32,607 bases of DNA from an uncultured Methanosarcinales archaeon. GTDB lineage: Archaea; Nanobdellota; Nanobdellia; Woesearchaeales; SKGA01. Position 1 is the first letter of the stretch; each line of letters opens with the position of its first letter. Shown here in pieces: positions 1 through 10,080 of the stretch. Position numbers and translations under genes: made by a program. The notes under the pieces are model-generated. The model worked only from the letters and a program-made list of their open reading frames with translations, was not told where the DNA came from and did no database searches. Where the stretch lies: assembly GCA_964603345.1 (NCBI GenBank), contig CAZRUJ010000004.1, positions 1 to 32,607 on the forward strand. The letters run 5' to 3'.

Positions 1-1
1 G

Positions 2-3000
2 TATGTTGATAATCTGGCTGTCGATTGGCTGTAAGTTGGAGTCAAGAACATGGATTGTCATATTACCTTCCGTTTCCAGAGGTATATCAGCACCGATCGT
101 TACTGAATTCCAGATGCTTTCCTTTGTGACATTGATCAATTCTGATTTGTATTTTCCTGAGAATGTGCCGTCCATCCCTTCCAGATATAGTTTTTCGATC
201 TCGTTTGTTGTCAATGATCTGTTATATAATTGTACTTCATCAATGCCTCCCTGAAAATCCCCTATCTGAATCTGGTTTGTGTTAGTGTTGAGATTTCCTG
301 ATGACGTGCTCGTCTCTTTTATTTCTCCATCGATATAGAGTTTCAGATGAGGGCTATTGAATACGGCGGCGACCTGATGCCAGTTATTATCTTGGATCCT
401 GTCATCCCATGTTGATAGGCTTATGTCATCATAATCGGGATTCCATACTTTGAGATACGGTCTTGCATTCTCGTCAAGTCCGAATTCATACGAGTTCTGT
501 TTATATACTACTTTTCCGAATCCATCTGCTGATCTGACCCATGCCATCAGGGCAAATTCATCACCTGTAAGGGCAATATCACTTGTATCGTTATCATCGG
601 TCATTATAGTGTAATCTGTTGCATTGAATTCAAACCCTCCTGTTGAAAAAACACCTTCGCCTGATGTGGTCTCGTCATTATATGTCTGTCCATCTCTTCC
701 GTTGCCTGAATAATCTACGACTGTATCATTGCTTCCTGTTATCGCCTGATCCATGCGGTAATATATCCTTAAATCATCACTTTCGGTTCCATTTTGGTAT
801 CCTAATCCTATCGCATCAGTGAAATTCTCGCTGCTTGCAGTGGTTCCATTAAACACTCCTTTATCGAAGTCATCGAAGCTTGTTATCTCGTACGTGCCTG
901 GTTGCACTATCGGATCCAGTCCTGCACTTACGTTCCCGCAGAATCCTGCGATACATGTGATTGTAGTATTGTATGTTTCTAAACTTCCTTTCTTATGAGT
1001 GCTTTGATATGTTGGCTTGGAAAAATAGACGTCCAGCTTTCCTCCTTGGTTAACCATTACCTCGTCAGTCAGGCTCAATGGCTCGTAGGGATTTCCAGTA
1101 TCTTCGCAGTTGATAGAATAATTGAAATTCGAGCTGGTGGGGTTTGTGATCGTATGATTGTAGAGTGCTTTCGAGGTATCGTAAGTCATCTCTGTCGAAC
1201 TGAAGCCTGGAAGATCGATGCTGATATTGCAGGTCGCTTCGGCTCGGTCGATGCTCTCTCCTGACGTTGAATTCGTGTAGTTTGCATAGAATGTTATCGT
1301 ATCATCGATAAAGATATCTGTACTGTCTTCTACGTTCTCTTTCTCCTCCCATATTCTTAGTTGGGCGTTTGTATCTGATGTATAACTGGAAAATCCTTTC
1401 ACAATGAATGTCAACGTTCCATTGTCCTTTTCATAGTGTTCACCCGTGCATACATCTTTTGGGCATGGATTACCATTTCTTCTGATGATTGGCCGCTTTT
1501 CATACGTTAGATTATCAAATGTTATGGTGGCGCTCCTGTTCAGTCTGGATTCACTTTCCGTATCGATTGTCACATTATTGTGCTTTATCGTGACGAGCTT
1601 GTCGAGATCAGGACTTCCTGTCAGATTCATATCTTCATTGAATGTAATCGATGCGATCCTTCCTTTCCTGAACGTGATGTTATTCAGTTTTTCCGCATTC
1701 GGATGTTCTTTTCCTTTTTTCAGTCCTTCAATATCGAAATTAGTTGCATGCAACCGTTCCATCCTGCTCGCTTTCGTCTCTATATGTACATTCTTATCAT
1801 CTTGCCTCTCGCACGAGATACTCCATTCTGTCCTTTCTGATTCACTTGAGTCATACGTGAATGTCTGGATGCTCTCTGGTCTTGCTTGTCTGGTCTCGAT
1901 TATCCTATCGTCGACGATGAGTGAGCAATTGGTGATGGTTGGATCATTGACGGTATAATTGATAGTGATTCTTCCATCGAGGTCTAGGCAATTTTTGCAA
2001 GAGGGACTGAGTATGACTATATCTTCTTCAGCGGGCTTGCTCATCAAGATTGAGGATTTTCGTTCTGGTTGCGATTCTGATTGTCTTACGTGGAGACTTG
2101 CTTTGTCGATGAGGAAATATCCTCCTCTAGGGCTATCGCTTTTGAATTCAAACGGATATCTGACTGTGATTGTCGAATTTCTTGTTATATATTCTGATAT
2201 TTTCTCTTCTATTCCGAATGAATATGTTTCGGTTTTGTTTTCTCCGCTGACGTTGAGCGATGTATTCTGTTGTTCTACGAAATTTCCCTTGAGTGGATGA
2301 TACATTGATATAGGTCTTTTAGCATAGTCTCCTTGAGCTGCTTCATCCTTGCATGTGAACGTTTCGGTTGGCGTGATATGGCAATATCGTATCTTGAAGA
2401 TATACTCTTTGACGTCATTTCCTATTTCTCTTAATTGTGAGATATTATATGTCAGATCGACATAAGCCTTCATTGTGCTGTTTGCAGGGTGGATGCCAAC
2501 ATAGACATATTTCTCATCGAGCTCTTTAGCAGAAGATATTGTTGTCTCTGAGTATATATTGTCTTTAGGGAGTGTTTGTATATTACTTGGGGTTATGGAT
2601 TTGAAAAATTCGTTTCGTGTGATTTTTTCATTAGAAATTGTCATATTGGATGTTGGATTTGTTATGTGATCTGTTTTTTTCAATCCTATTAGCTCGATTG
2701 TATTCGTGGGGTTGAAGTTTGATAGCTGGAGCGTGATGTAGTTCTCTTTTTCGGAGGGTTGTATCTTGACTCCTTCCGTTTTTGTTGTGATGGTATTGGC
2801 TTCAGGCATTTCCTGGCTGATGTTCGCATTCACCGAATCGGTATCGTGAGATGGTTCGACGGTCAAATTGAAATTCCATCTATTGTCGCTTTCTGAAAAG
2901 GATATGTTCTTTTTCATCGGGGGGAGATAATAATGTATGGCAAGCTCCTTTGATATATTCGGTTCCATAAATATCCTGAACACGGGACCTGTAGCGATCT

Positions 3001-3499
3001 TCTTATCATTATCGAGAATAAGCATGGTTGACGTTAGGTTCTTGAATGATCGTTTTAAATCCCTATCATGTTGTGATATGTTGACCTGTACGAGGCGGGA
3101 TGTCTGTTGTTCGTTTTTTAGCTTGAACATCTGATGCCAGGATTCGTTAGTGTCTGTTGTCATTGATTTCGGCTCGATTGGTCTAAATGAGATGCTGTAA
3201 TTACCTTCTTCTCGTGTCAATTCATCGATGGGGATATATGTTGTCCTATTCGATTGAAAATCCCTGCTTTTATTCGAGCTAGATATTGTTGTAGAATCTC
3301 CTGCCTTGTTATGAGCTGATGTATTTATTTTTTGTACTTCTCGAATTGTTGGCTGTTGGGTCTCGTTAGTGCTCGTATTTATGGTGGTATTTGCAATTGA
3401 TTGATTGTCCGTATCTGCGAGTGCTGCGCTTGCTGTTAGTATGATTATAAGAATGAGGATGATCATTGACAGGGCATGAAAAGGGATTCTTCCACCCAT
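2..3499 (-). CDS. Large secreted/cell-surface protein with C-terminal LamG (concanavalin A-like lectin) domain; C-terminus cut by window edge
   Basis: My translation of the minus strand from ATG (3499-3497) is stop-free to the window edge. It is absent from the supplied track because there is no stop in the window; only short antisense + ORFs are listed here. N-terminus MGGRIPFHALSMIILILIIILTASAALA is a signal/anchor. Near the edge, DYSGNGRDGQTY..WHQVAAVFNSPHLKLYIDGE..IGDFQGGIDEVQLYNRSLTTNEIEKLY is a LamG signature. Many N-x-S/T sequons. Confidence 0.8.
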   Translation of the reverse strand, partial: MGGRIPFHALSMIILILIIILTASAALADTDNQSIANTTINTSTNETQQPTIREVQKINTSAHNKAGDSTTISSSNKSRDFQSNRTTYIPIDELTREEGNYSISFRPIEPKSMTTDTNESWHQMFKLKNEQQTSRLVQVNISQHDRDLKRSFKNLTSTMLILDNDKKIATGPVFRIFMEPNISKELAIHYYLPPMKKNISFSESDNRWNFNLTVEPSHDTDSVNANISQEMPEANTITTKTEGVKIQPSEKENYITLQLSNFNPTNTIELIGLKKTDHITNPTSNMTISNEKITRNEFFKSITPSNIQTLPKDNIYSETTISSAKELDEKYVYVGIHPANSTMKAYVDLTYNISQLREIGNDVKEYIFKIRYCHITPTETFTCKDEAAQGDYAKRPISMYHPLKGNFVEQQNTSLNVSGENKTETYSFGIEEKISEYITRNSTITVRYPFEFKSDSPRGGYFLIDKASLHVRQSESQPERKSSILMSKPAEEDIVILSPSCKNCLDLDGRITINYTVNDPTITNCSLIVDDRIIETRQARPESIQTFTYDSSESERTEWSISCERQDDKNVHIETKASRMERLHATNFDIEGLKKGKEHPNAEKLNNITFRKGRIASITFNEDMNLTGSPDLDKLVTIKHNNVTIDTESESRLNRSATITFDNLTYEKRPIIRRNGNPCPKDVCTGEHYEKDNGTLTFIVKGFSSYTSDTNAQLRIWEEKENVEDSTDIFIDDTITFYANYTNSTSGESIDRAEATCNISIDLPGFSSTEMTYDTSKALYNHTITNPTSSNFNYSINCEDTGNPYEPLSLTDEVMVNQGGKLDVYFSKPTYQSTHKKGSLETYNTTITCIAGFCGNVSAGLDPIVQPGTYEITSFDDFDKGVFNGTTASSENFTDAIGLGYQNGTESDDLRIYYRMDQAITGSNDTVVDYSGNGRDGQTYNDETTSGEGVFSTGGFEFNATDYTIMTDDNDTSDIALTGDEFALMAWVRSADGFGKVVYKQNSYEFGLDENARPYLKVWNPDYDDISLSTWDDRIQDNNWHQVAAVFNSPHLKLYIDGEIKETSTSSGNLNTNTNQIQIGDFQGGIDEVQLYNRSLTTNEIEKLYLEGMDGTFSGKYKSELINVTKESIWNSVTIGADIPLETEGNMTIHVLDSNLQPIDSQIINI

Positions 3500-3807
3500 A
3501 ACATGCTCTCTTCTCGTTCTGGACTCAGTTATTGCAAACACCCCTTTTTTGAAACCGAAAGCTTCTGACGTGAAAGTGACCTTTTTCGAGTTTCAATAAC
3601 CCTTCTTTACTCGTGATCCTTTCTTTTTATAAAGCTTTCTTTCGGAAGTTGCATGCTAGTCGATATTGATTTGCTTATTTTGGCGAGTTAACGATATGCT
3701 TAGCCGATTGATAGCGAGTTTTTTGATGGCTTCGATATTTCTTGAACCTTCCAAAGAATACTTAAATGAGACTGTCTTTCACAATGGCATATGAGGTGGT
3801 TTTTATT

Positions 3808-4350
3808 ATGAAAACAACAAATCATGTGTTGATTGTGGTTCTTATTGGTCTGACTCTTGCACTCGTTGCGTGCACTGCGGATTTTCCTACACGAGATGAG
3901 TCTTTGACAAATGATTCTGATGATCAAGGTTTACCGCACCAGCAACCTGATGAGAGTTTGATGGTCGAGAAGGAATCATCCTGTCATGAGAACAACGGAA
4001 CGTGGCTTTCTGAATATAATGAGTGTGTCGGCATTTCAGAAACCGCTTGTCAAGATATGGGTGGTCAGTTCAACAGTTGTGCTTCAGCTTGCCGTCACGA
4101 TCCCGATGCGGAAATTTGTACGATGCAATGCGTTTTGGTCTGCCAGTTCAACCAACCTGATCCTGTCCCTGATAACGATACAAATCTTTCCAGTATTGAG
4201 GCAGTAGAATGCACTGAGAAAGATATTGAAGCTCAAGTGTGCACTAGAGAATATGATCCTGTCTGCGGAGATGACGGTAACACCTATTCAAACCCTTGTG
4301 TTGCCTGTAGTTCAGGAGAAATAACCTCGTGGACCCGCGGGGAATGCTGA
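3808..4350 (+). CDS. Secreted Cys-rich lipoprotein-like protein with C-terminal Kazal-type protease-inhibitor domain
   Basis: Track ORF 3766-4350. Preferred start is ATG 3808 (MKTTNHVLIVVLIGLTLALVAC, lipobox-like), preceded by GAGGTGG at 3793-3799. The C-terminal 46 aa follow C-x9-C-x7-C-x6-Y-x3-C-x2-C-x12-C, including REYDPVCGDDGNTYSNPCVAC, which matches the Kazal pattern. Confidence 0.75.
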   Translation: MKTTNHVLIVVLIGLTLALVACTADFPTRDESLTNDSDDQGLPHQQPDESLMVEKESSCHENNGTWLSEYNECVGISETACQDMGGQFNSCASACRHDPDAEICTMQCVLVCQFNQPDPVPDNDTNLSSIEAVECTEKDIEAQVCTREYDPVCGDDGNTYSNPCVACSSGEITSWTRGEC

Positions 4351-4684
4351 AGTGAGATGTAGTATTGAGACCTATTTATTTCTTTTCACTTTTTTTCTTT
4401 TGTATTTAATATGATCTATCCTTTTCTCTTTATTTTGATTTTTACTGATTCCTTTCTCTTATGATACGATATAATGATTGCACTTGATATTTTTAGTATC
4501 TTCTCATTGAACCAACGCCCACGCTTTTAGTATGTGTTCCGGAGGCGACTGGAATTTTCATCGTCCATGCACGCCTTTCAAGGAGTTTTGTCTTTGACCA
4601 TAATCTAAATATATTTAAATCACTTTGTTGAAAAGAGGATAAATATCCTCGAGGTACATTATTGTCGAGGTTCAAGGTGATTTC

Positions 4685-5731
4685 ATGGATATTAGGGAAA
4701 TATTGGATCATAACAAAAAAATAGTGAGCGACTATCTCGCAAGGATCATAACTGAGAAACGAAAAGAATGGGCATTGACAAACAGATGGGGTTCTGATTC
4801 TCTTGATCGTCTGCTTGAATTCATGTTGGCTGGGAAAATGGTGAGAGGAAGCATTGTTCTGTGGATTGCGGATGAATTCTCTTCCAAAAATACTGGGAGT
4901 CTGCCTGGGGCTGCTGCTATGGAATTGCTCCAAGCCGCCCTTCTTATCCACGACGATATTATGGATGATGATGATACCCGGCGTGGTCTTCCAAGCATCC
5001 ATAAGCAATATGAGCTTTTTGGTTCGGAACATCTCTATCGCGATCAACAGCAGTTCGGAACGAGCATGGCGATTTGCCTTGGTGATCTTGCTTTTTTCCT
5101 CGCTTTTGAGGAGTTATCGAAACTTCAGGATGCTGATGTGATCTCCTTATTCTCCAAGTCAATTTCCATTGTCGGTCTCGGTCAGATGCAGGATGTCAGC
5201 TGGGGTTTTCAATCTGAGATTCCTGATGCCGGCGATATCCTTTCCATGTATAATCATAAGACTTCCATGTACACGTTCACGCTTCCCTTCCTCCTCGGCG
5301 CATCGATCGCTCACGTCGATAAGTCTCTTTCAAGACAATTTCAGAAGCTGGGAAGTATTCTTGGCCAATTATACCAATTGCGTGATGATCAGCTCGGCTT
5401 GTATTCCACTCATGGCACAATGGGAAAGAGTATCGGTATTGATTTTGTCACGGGCAAAAAGACTCCTTACTATTCTCTTCTTCTCAAACGGGCAGATGAT
5501 AAGGACTTGAAATTTATTGATTCGCTTTTATCAAAACGCTCGCTTGATTCTCACGATTTATCTGATATTCACAGTCTGCTCGAGAAATATGGAGTCTCGC
5601 CAGCCATTGAAGATATGATAGATGAATTGGAAATGCAGGCAAAACATTATATCTCTGGGATGAAGCTCTCTTGCTCGCTTGAAAATCAATTATACTCCTT
5701 GCTGGAACTTTGCATGAAAAGATCGGTGTGA
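4685..5731 (+). CDS. idsA: trans-Polyprenyl diphosphate synthase (GGPP synthase-like)
   Basis: First Asp-rich motif LLIHDDIMDDDDTRRG. Second motif region GQLYQLRDDQLG..GKSIGIDFVTGKKT. AGGTGA sits 4 nt before the ATG. 348 aa is a typical length. Confidence 0.85.
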   Translation: MDIREILDHNKKIVSDYLARIITEKRKEWALTNRWGSDSLDRLLEFMLAGKMVRGSIVLWIADEFSSKNTGSLPGAAAMELLQAALLIHDDIMDDDDTRRGLPSIHKQYELFGSEHLYRDQQQFGTSMAICLGDLAFFLAFEELSKLQDADVISLFSKSISIVGLGQMQDVSWGFQSEIPDAGDILSMYNHKTSMYTFTLPFLLGASIAHVDKSLSRQFQKLGSILGQLYQLRDDQLGLYSTHGTMGKSIGIDFVTGKKTPYYSLLLKRADDKDLKFIDSLLSKRSLDSHDLSDIHSLLEKYGVSPAIEDMIDELEMQAKHYISGMKLSCSLENQLYSLLELCMKRSV

Positions 5732-6013
5732 AACCCTGATTTACACTTGTTCTTTGTCTTCCACTGCGACCTGCTCATGTGTTATCGTCTCGTTCTCGCT
5801 TGCTTCATATCATATCTTGTCATCAACTCGATGTTTATGAGGTGTATTGTTGATGTTCATAGAGTGATGTTGTCTGTGTGTTTATTATATATGTGTTATA
5901 CTATCAAAATCATTAAAAATATGTTCCTACCATTCGACCATAGATGGTGGTGATATATTATAGCGAAATCTGATCTTATCGATTCGATAACTCGGATTGG
6001 TCTTGAGACTCTC

Positions 6014-7183
6014 GTGGATAAAGGTCTTGCGGATATGAACTCATATGTGTGGTGGGATGAATTTCATTCTGATCCTCGAAAATACGTGTCAAACAAGAAA
6101 TTCTTCAATCTTCTTAAGATTCTCGATCACGGCTTGGCTGTTACGCAAACAACATATATTCCTATGACTGTACTTGAAGTCCCTTTTGAAAAAAAGACTG
6201 TTCAGCTACTTACCACTATCCGACCTGTGACTGCCAATGAGATTGACCAATTCTACGATGAAAAACTCCAGCGATTCAAGGAAAAAAATCCTAATCTCTC
6301 CTCTGATGAAGCTCTGGATATCCATCCTTTCTACGATTTGAACACATCGTCTCTTTCCAAAAAACAAGCTGATGAATTGTATCTCGATCGTATCAAATCG
6401 CTCCATTATGAAAATAAACTTTCCCTGCCTCGGATGTTTCGTCCTCACATCAGAGGTCATTATATTGGTAAATTGAATTTTTCAAAACAATCAAGCACTC
6501 TCTTGTATACCCCTCTAGAGCTCCGGGAAACAAGAGTTATCGGAGCTACATCGAAAAAGAGGAAGATGATAAAAAGACAGGCGACTGCATTGCGTAAAGC
6601 ACTGGATCAGAAAAGGTATGATTTCGTGGATCTATTCGATTATGATGTGACTGTGTTTGATCGGCTGAAAAAAACATTCCCTCGTCTTTATTCAAAAGAG
6701 ATAATTGGTTCCCGAAATTCATATGGCTGGGAAAGCAATAATGATCCTGGATTTAGTATGAGATTACAAAAGAAAAAACCTGAAAGTTTCTATCATCTTG
6801 ATTTTTCTACTCGCGACGTCAAGCAAGTGCCTTATTTTGATTTCAAATATTATCACAATATTGGAGAGGTAATCTTCTCTTACGTCCCTTTAAGAGCTGA
6901 CTTGTATGATGAGGAGCCCCAGACATATCCGTTGTTTCTCACTAATGCATTTAGCGCTGATAACAATCAACCCTTACTTCTCGGATTTTATTCAGGCCTG
7001 AATTCAAGGCAAAAAAAGACCGGGCGTAAAGATCCTGACAGGATATCAATTGTCAACATTATAAATGAAGAGTTTGCAAGGGATATGGCTCAGTCAGTCG
7101 AGGATCAGCTTGGTTTCAACGTCAAACCGCTTATCAGATCATATTCTGGCAACAATAATAACTCTAATATCATCCTTGATTGA
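6014..7183 (+). CDS. Hypothetical cytoplasmic protein, Lys/Arg-rich, no motif recognised
   Basis: Long ORF with normal composition. Start uncertain (GTG 6014 or ATG 6035). No signal peptide or TM segment, and no family signature I can name. Confidence 0.55.
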   Translation: MDKGLADMNSYVWWDEFHSDPRKYVSNKKFFNLLKILDHGLAVTQTTYIPMTVLEVPFEKKTVQLLTTIRPVTANEIDQFYDEKLQRFKEKNPNLSSDEALDIHPFYDLNTSSLSKKQADELYLDRIKSLHYENKLSLPRMFRPHIRGHYIGKLNFSKQSSTLLYTPLELRETRVIGATSKKRKMIKRQATALRKALDQKRYDFVDLFDYDVTVFDRLKKTFPRLYSKEIIGSRNSYGWESNNDPGFSMRLQKKKPESFYHLDFSTRDVKQVPYFDFKYYHNIGEVIFSYVPLRADLYDEEPQTYPLFLTNAFSADNNQPLLLGFYSGLNSRQKKTGRKDPDRISIVNIINEEFARDMAQSVEDQLGFNVKPLIRSYSGNNNNSNIILD

Positions 7184-7215
7184 AGTGTTTTGCCATGTCA
7201 TCAACCATAATAGAC

Positions 7216-7500
7216 TTACAAGTCATATATGGATGGTATTTTGCTCTCATCTTTGACTTCGTTTATCAGTAGAGCTTTTTTCAGGCTTACCGGTCCGCAA
7301 TTCATGCATATGAAAAAGATTCCGTATTTGCTTTCTCTGATATCCAGATATTCTCCACAAGAACACTTGAAATCATTGAGGATGGACTTTATATGATCCT
7401 TGCACACAGGCACGTTCTGTTCATTCTTTGTAATTGCTACCTTATTACAGAAAAGACAGGTTGAATTACTGTGTTCTCCGTAAACTTTCTTGTATTTCAT
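7216..7500 (-). CDS. Small zinc-ribbon protein (topoisomerase-type C4 finger-like)
   Basis: CLFC-x13-C-x2-H, then CSCGEYLDIRESKYGIFFICMNCG (C-x-CG..L..R....G.F.C-x2-C). TATA-like ccatataaaag lies about 30 nt upstream on the minus strand. Confidence 0.6.
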   Translation of the reverse strand: MKYKKVYGEHSNSTCLFCNKVAITKNEQNVPVCKDHIKSILNDFKCSCGEYLDIRESKYGIFFICMNCGPVSLKKALLINEVKDESKIPSIYDL

Positions 7501-7605
7501 AATTCGACAGAGGTGATCCCTCTCTTTTATATGGACATCTATTTTGAAGCATCTATACTTTATGCAAAATAATTAAATACTGCTTGTGACTGTCATTTTT
7601 GATGT

Positions 7606-8526
7606 ATGGAATTTGAACTTGCAGATATGCTTGTGAAAGTAATACTTGCTATCATTATGGTGGGGGTTGGTTCGACAATAACGCTTGCCGCCTTCAAGAA
7701 CGTATTTCTCATTCCTCGGCAACTCATCACAGGATTATTGCTTCAACTGATAGCACTTCCCCTTATCGCTATCGTTATTGCACAATTATCTGGATTACCA
7801 GCTCCGATAAAAGCAGGAATCGTTATCCTCGCAGCTTGTCCTGGTGGCGCAACATCAAATTTTATCTCTTTTATCTCGAATGCTAAGACCTCGCTTTCCA
7901 TAGCATTAACTAGTGTCAACAGCATCCTCGTCCTATTTTTCCTCCCTCTAATAACTCACTTTGCGATCTCATTTTATCTTGGTGCTGGCTCTCGCATATC
8001 GATGCCCGTGGGTGATACTATATTTACTATATTCTTTGTCGTACTCCTTCCAGCCCTGATCGGTATGCTCATTAGGGAATCGCATCCAAAGATAGCTGAC
8101 CATATCGAAAAGCCAATAAAATATGTGAGCGTCATCCTCATCATCATCTTTTTTTCCATAAAATTCTTCGCGGAGAGTTCAATCGGGGGATCCGGAATAA
8201 CGCCTGATATCGTACTTCAGATTATGCCGTATTTGCTACTGATGCATTTGTTATCTTTGGCCGTGGGATTTTTTGCAGGAGTGCTCTCAGGATTCGAGGG
8301 AAAAGCGTCAATAACCCTTGGTATTGAAGTGGGGTTGCAGAATACTACACTCGCTCTTCTTATCACTAGTGGGATACTCGATAATGATATGCTCACATAT
8401 CCCGCACTAGTCTATGCTTTGTTCTCGTTTTGGACGACATTGTTATTTGCTTTTGGACTGAAAATATTATTATCTCAGACAGATAAGCCTTTTGGAAAAA
8501 TTAAGGATAGGTTTATAAAACCCTAA
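7606..8526 (+). CDS. Bile acid:Na+ symporter (BASS/SBF) family transporter
   Basis: Polytopic membrane protein with the AACPGGATSNFISF signature. TATA-like aaataattaaatac lies about 30 nt upstream, suggesting a leaderless-type start. Confidence 0.75.
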   Translation: MEFELADMLVKVILAIIMVGVGSTITLAAFKNVFLIPRQLITGLLLQLIALPLIAIVIAQLSGLPAPIKAGIVILAACPGGATSNFISFISNAKTSLSIALTSVNSILVLFFLPLITHFAISFYLGAGSRISMPVGDTIFTIFFVVLLPALIGMLIRESHPKIADHIEKPIKYVSVILIIIFFSIKFFAESSIGGSGITPDIVLQIMPYLLLMHLLSLAVGFFAGVLSGFEGKASITLGIEVGLQNTTLALLITSGILDNDMLTYPALVYALFSFWTTLLFAFGLKILLSQTDKPFGKIKDRFIKP

Positions 8527-8656
8527 AATGAGAATTCAATTCTACTTTTGATAGAATTTTTCTGTTCTTATGATGTATTAGAATATGTTGTGTTTTTTAT
8601 AACTATTGCGTTATTATTGCAAACATTTTTAAAGAACTTTGTTGAAGATTCCGTCC

Positions 8657-9685
8657 ATGGTCCTTGAACACCTCTTCCCTGACAGTTGGCTTGAGAAGAA
8701 GATGAGCTTATCATTCTTTCTCGGATTAGGCTTTACTGTCATCGGTGTTCTTCTTGCAAGGCTCTTATTTGGTGCTAATTCGGGGATTGTGTCTGTAATT
8801 TTCATCTCTATTCTTCTCATACCATCGCTTCGTAAGTTGTTTTTGATGGAAGAGAAGCAAGAGGAGCGTGAAAAATCTTTTACTTGGAAGCACTTTTTCA
8901 AGGATAATAAGCATCTTATTCTTGCTTACGTAGGTATTTTTCTCGGTGTATATGTCGCTTACTTTGCGATTGCTTATATGTCGATGGCATTCGAATGGAA
9001 CATCACCTCCATTTTCGGAGAACAATTGTTCCTTGATCCTGCAATCAGCGGTAGGGCTATATTTGATTCTGCCATGTTCTGGAGTATCCTGACCAATAAT
9101 TGGTGGGTTCTCATGGCTTGTTTCTTTTTATCCTTGCTCTCGGGTGATGGGGCTACTTTTTTCATCGTCTGGAACGCTTCGGCATGGGCTGCGATCTTTG
9201 CCGTGAGGGCGTTTGGTGCTGGTCAGATTCTTGGTACGAGTTCTCTTGAAGTTGCTTTGGTCATGCAACTTATTGTGTTGCCTCACGTTCTTCTTGAAGG
9301 TGGGGCATATTTGCTTGCTGCTATTTCAGGATCGATAATAAGTGATGATGCTGTATCGAAAGCTGACGATCTCCGTCATTTCATCATTCTGCTGATAGGT
9401 TCTATAGGTGGATTTATCCTTCTCAACAAGTTATTTACTATCATCACTGGATCAATCTCTGCTTTGGTCACGCTAAGGATGTTGACAGTCTTCGGTCTGG
9501 TCTATCTGCTTGGCTTTGCCTTTCCTGATAAGCGTCACAAGGAAGTATTCATTTATAATTATTGGTTGTTTGTGTTTGCCATTCTTGTGTTCATCGTGGG
9601 TGCTCTGGTCGAGACCTTTGTTCTTTCCACTTCTAATACTCTTAGCGTCTATTATTCTGCCGCCCAACTGTTTAGTATTGACTAA
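8657..9685 (+). CDS. Polytopic membrane protein, SpoIIM/DUF95-like
   Basis: Track ORF 8639-9685. ATG 8657 is preferred because TATA catttttaaag lies about 25 nt upstream. The VLPHVLLEGGAYLLAAISG motif resembles the LPHG..E.PA motif of the SpoIIM family. Multiple TM helices. Confidence 0.55.
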   Translation: MVLEHLFPDSWLEKKMSLSFFLGLGFTVIGVLLARLLFGANSGIVSVIFISILLIPSLRKLFLMEEKQEEREKSFTWKHFFKDNKHLILAYVGIFLGVYVAYFAIAYMSMAFEWNITSIFGEQLFLDPAISGRAIFDSAMFWSILTNNWWVLMACFFLSLLSGDGATFFIVWNASAWAAIFAVRAFGAGQILGTSSLEVALVMQLIVLPHVLLEGGAYLLAAISGSIISDDAVSKADDLRHFIILLIGSIGGFILLNKLFTIITGSISALVTLRMLTVFGLVYLLGFAFPDKRHKEVFIYNYWLFVFAILVFIVGALVETFVLSTSNTLSVYYSAAQLFSID

Positions 9686-9841
9686 TTCTGTTACGGATTC
9701 CTATTTTTGTACACTATAAACGAAACAATCGAAATTACGTTTGTTCTATACATAGAATAAATACCTTTCAACGAGATGTTTTTGGAGGGATTTATGCGTT
9801 ATAATAACCTGAAACCTTTCCCACAGGTCATTCCGGACAGA

Positions 9842-10080
9842 GTCTTCATTTCGTAATCTTTATAAATCAATAATGTTCGAGTATTGTCAGAACACGATTT
9901 AAAATGTGATCGTGTGAGGTGATTTTAAAAATGGCAGATAAAGAAAATATTAATTTTGGCCTTTTAGGTCTTGTAGGGATTGTTGCGATTGTCGGTATCG
10001 TAGGGCTTATTATGACCTTTTCTCCGGTGACAAACAGTATGTCTCCTGATAATGATGGTAATTTAGCTGGTGATGCTAAG
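9842..10080 (+). repeat. Copy 1 of conserved promoter + 5'UTR + anchor-coding module
   Basis: Aligns with 11024-11262. Shared elements are gtcttcatt..gtaatctttataaatcaataatgtt (TATA), gtgtga[g/t]gtgattttaaaaATG, and about 105 coding nt that differ at 3 positions. Confidence 0.85.

Noticed and set aside
3-3134. Supplied + strand ORFs (3-254, 995-1264, 1446-1958, 1580-1840, 1959-2300, 2937-3134)
   Set aside because: All lie antisense to a continuous stop-free minus-strand frame encoding a LamG surface protein. Their products are Ser/Leu/Phe/Cys-rich shadow sequence.
4493-5162. Minus-strand ORFs overlapping the polyprenyl synthase gene (4493-5047, 4732-4998, 4959-5162) and + ORFs 4854-5141, 5169-5510
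   Set aside because: They overlap a gene with clear catalytic motifs, and they have no motifs or start context of their own.
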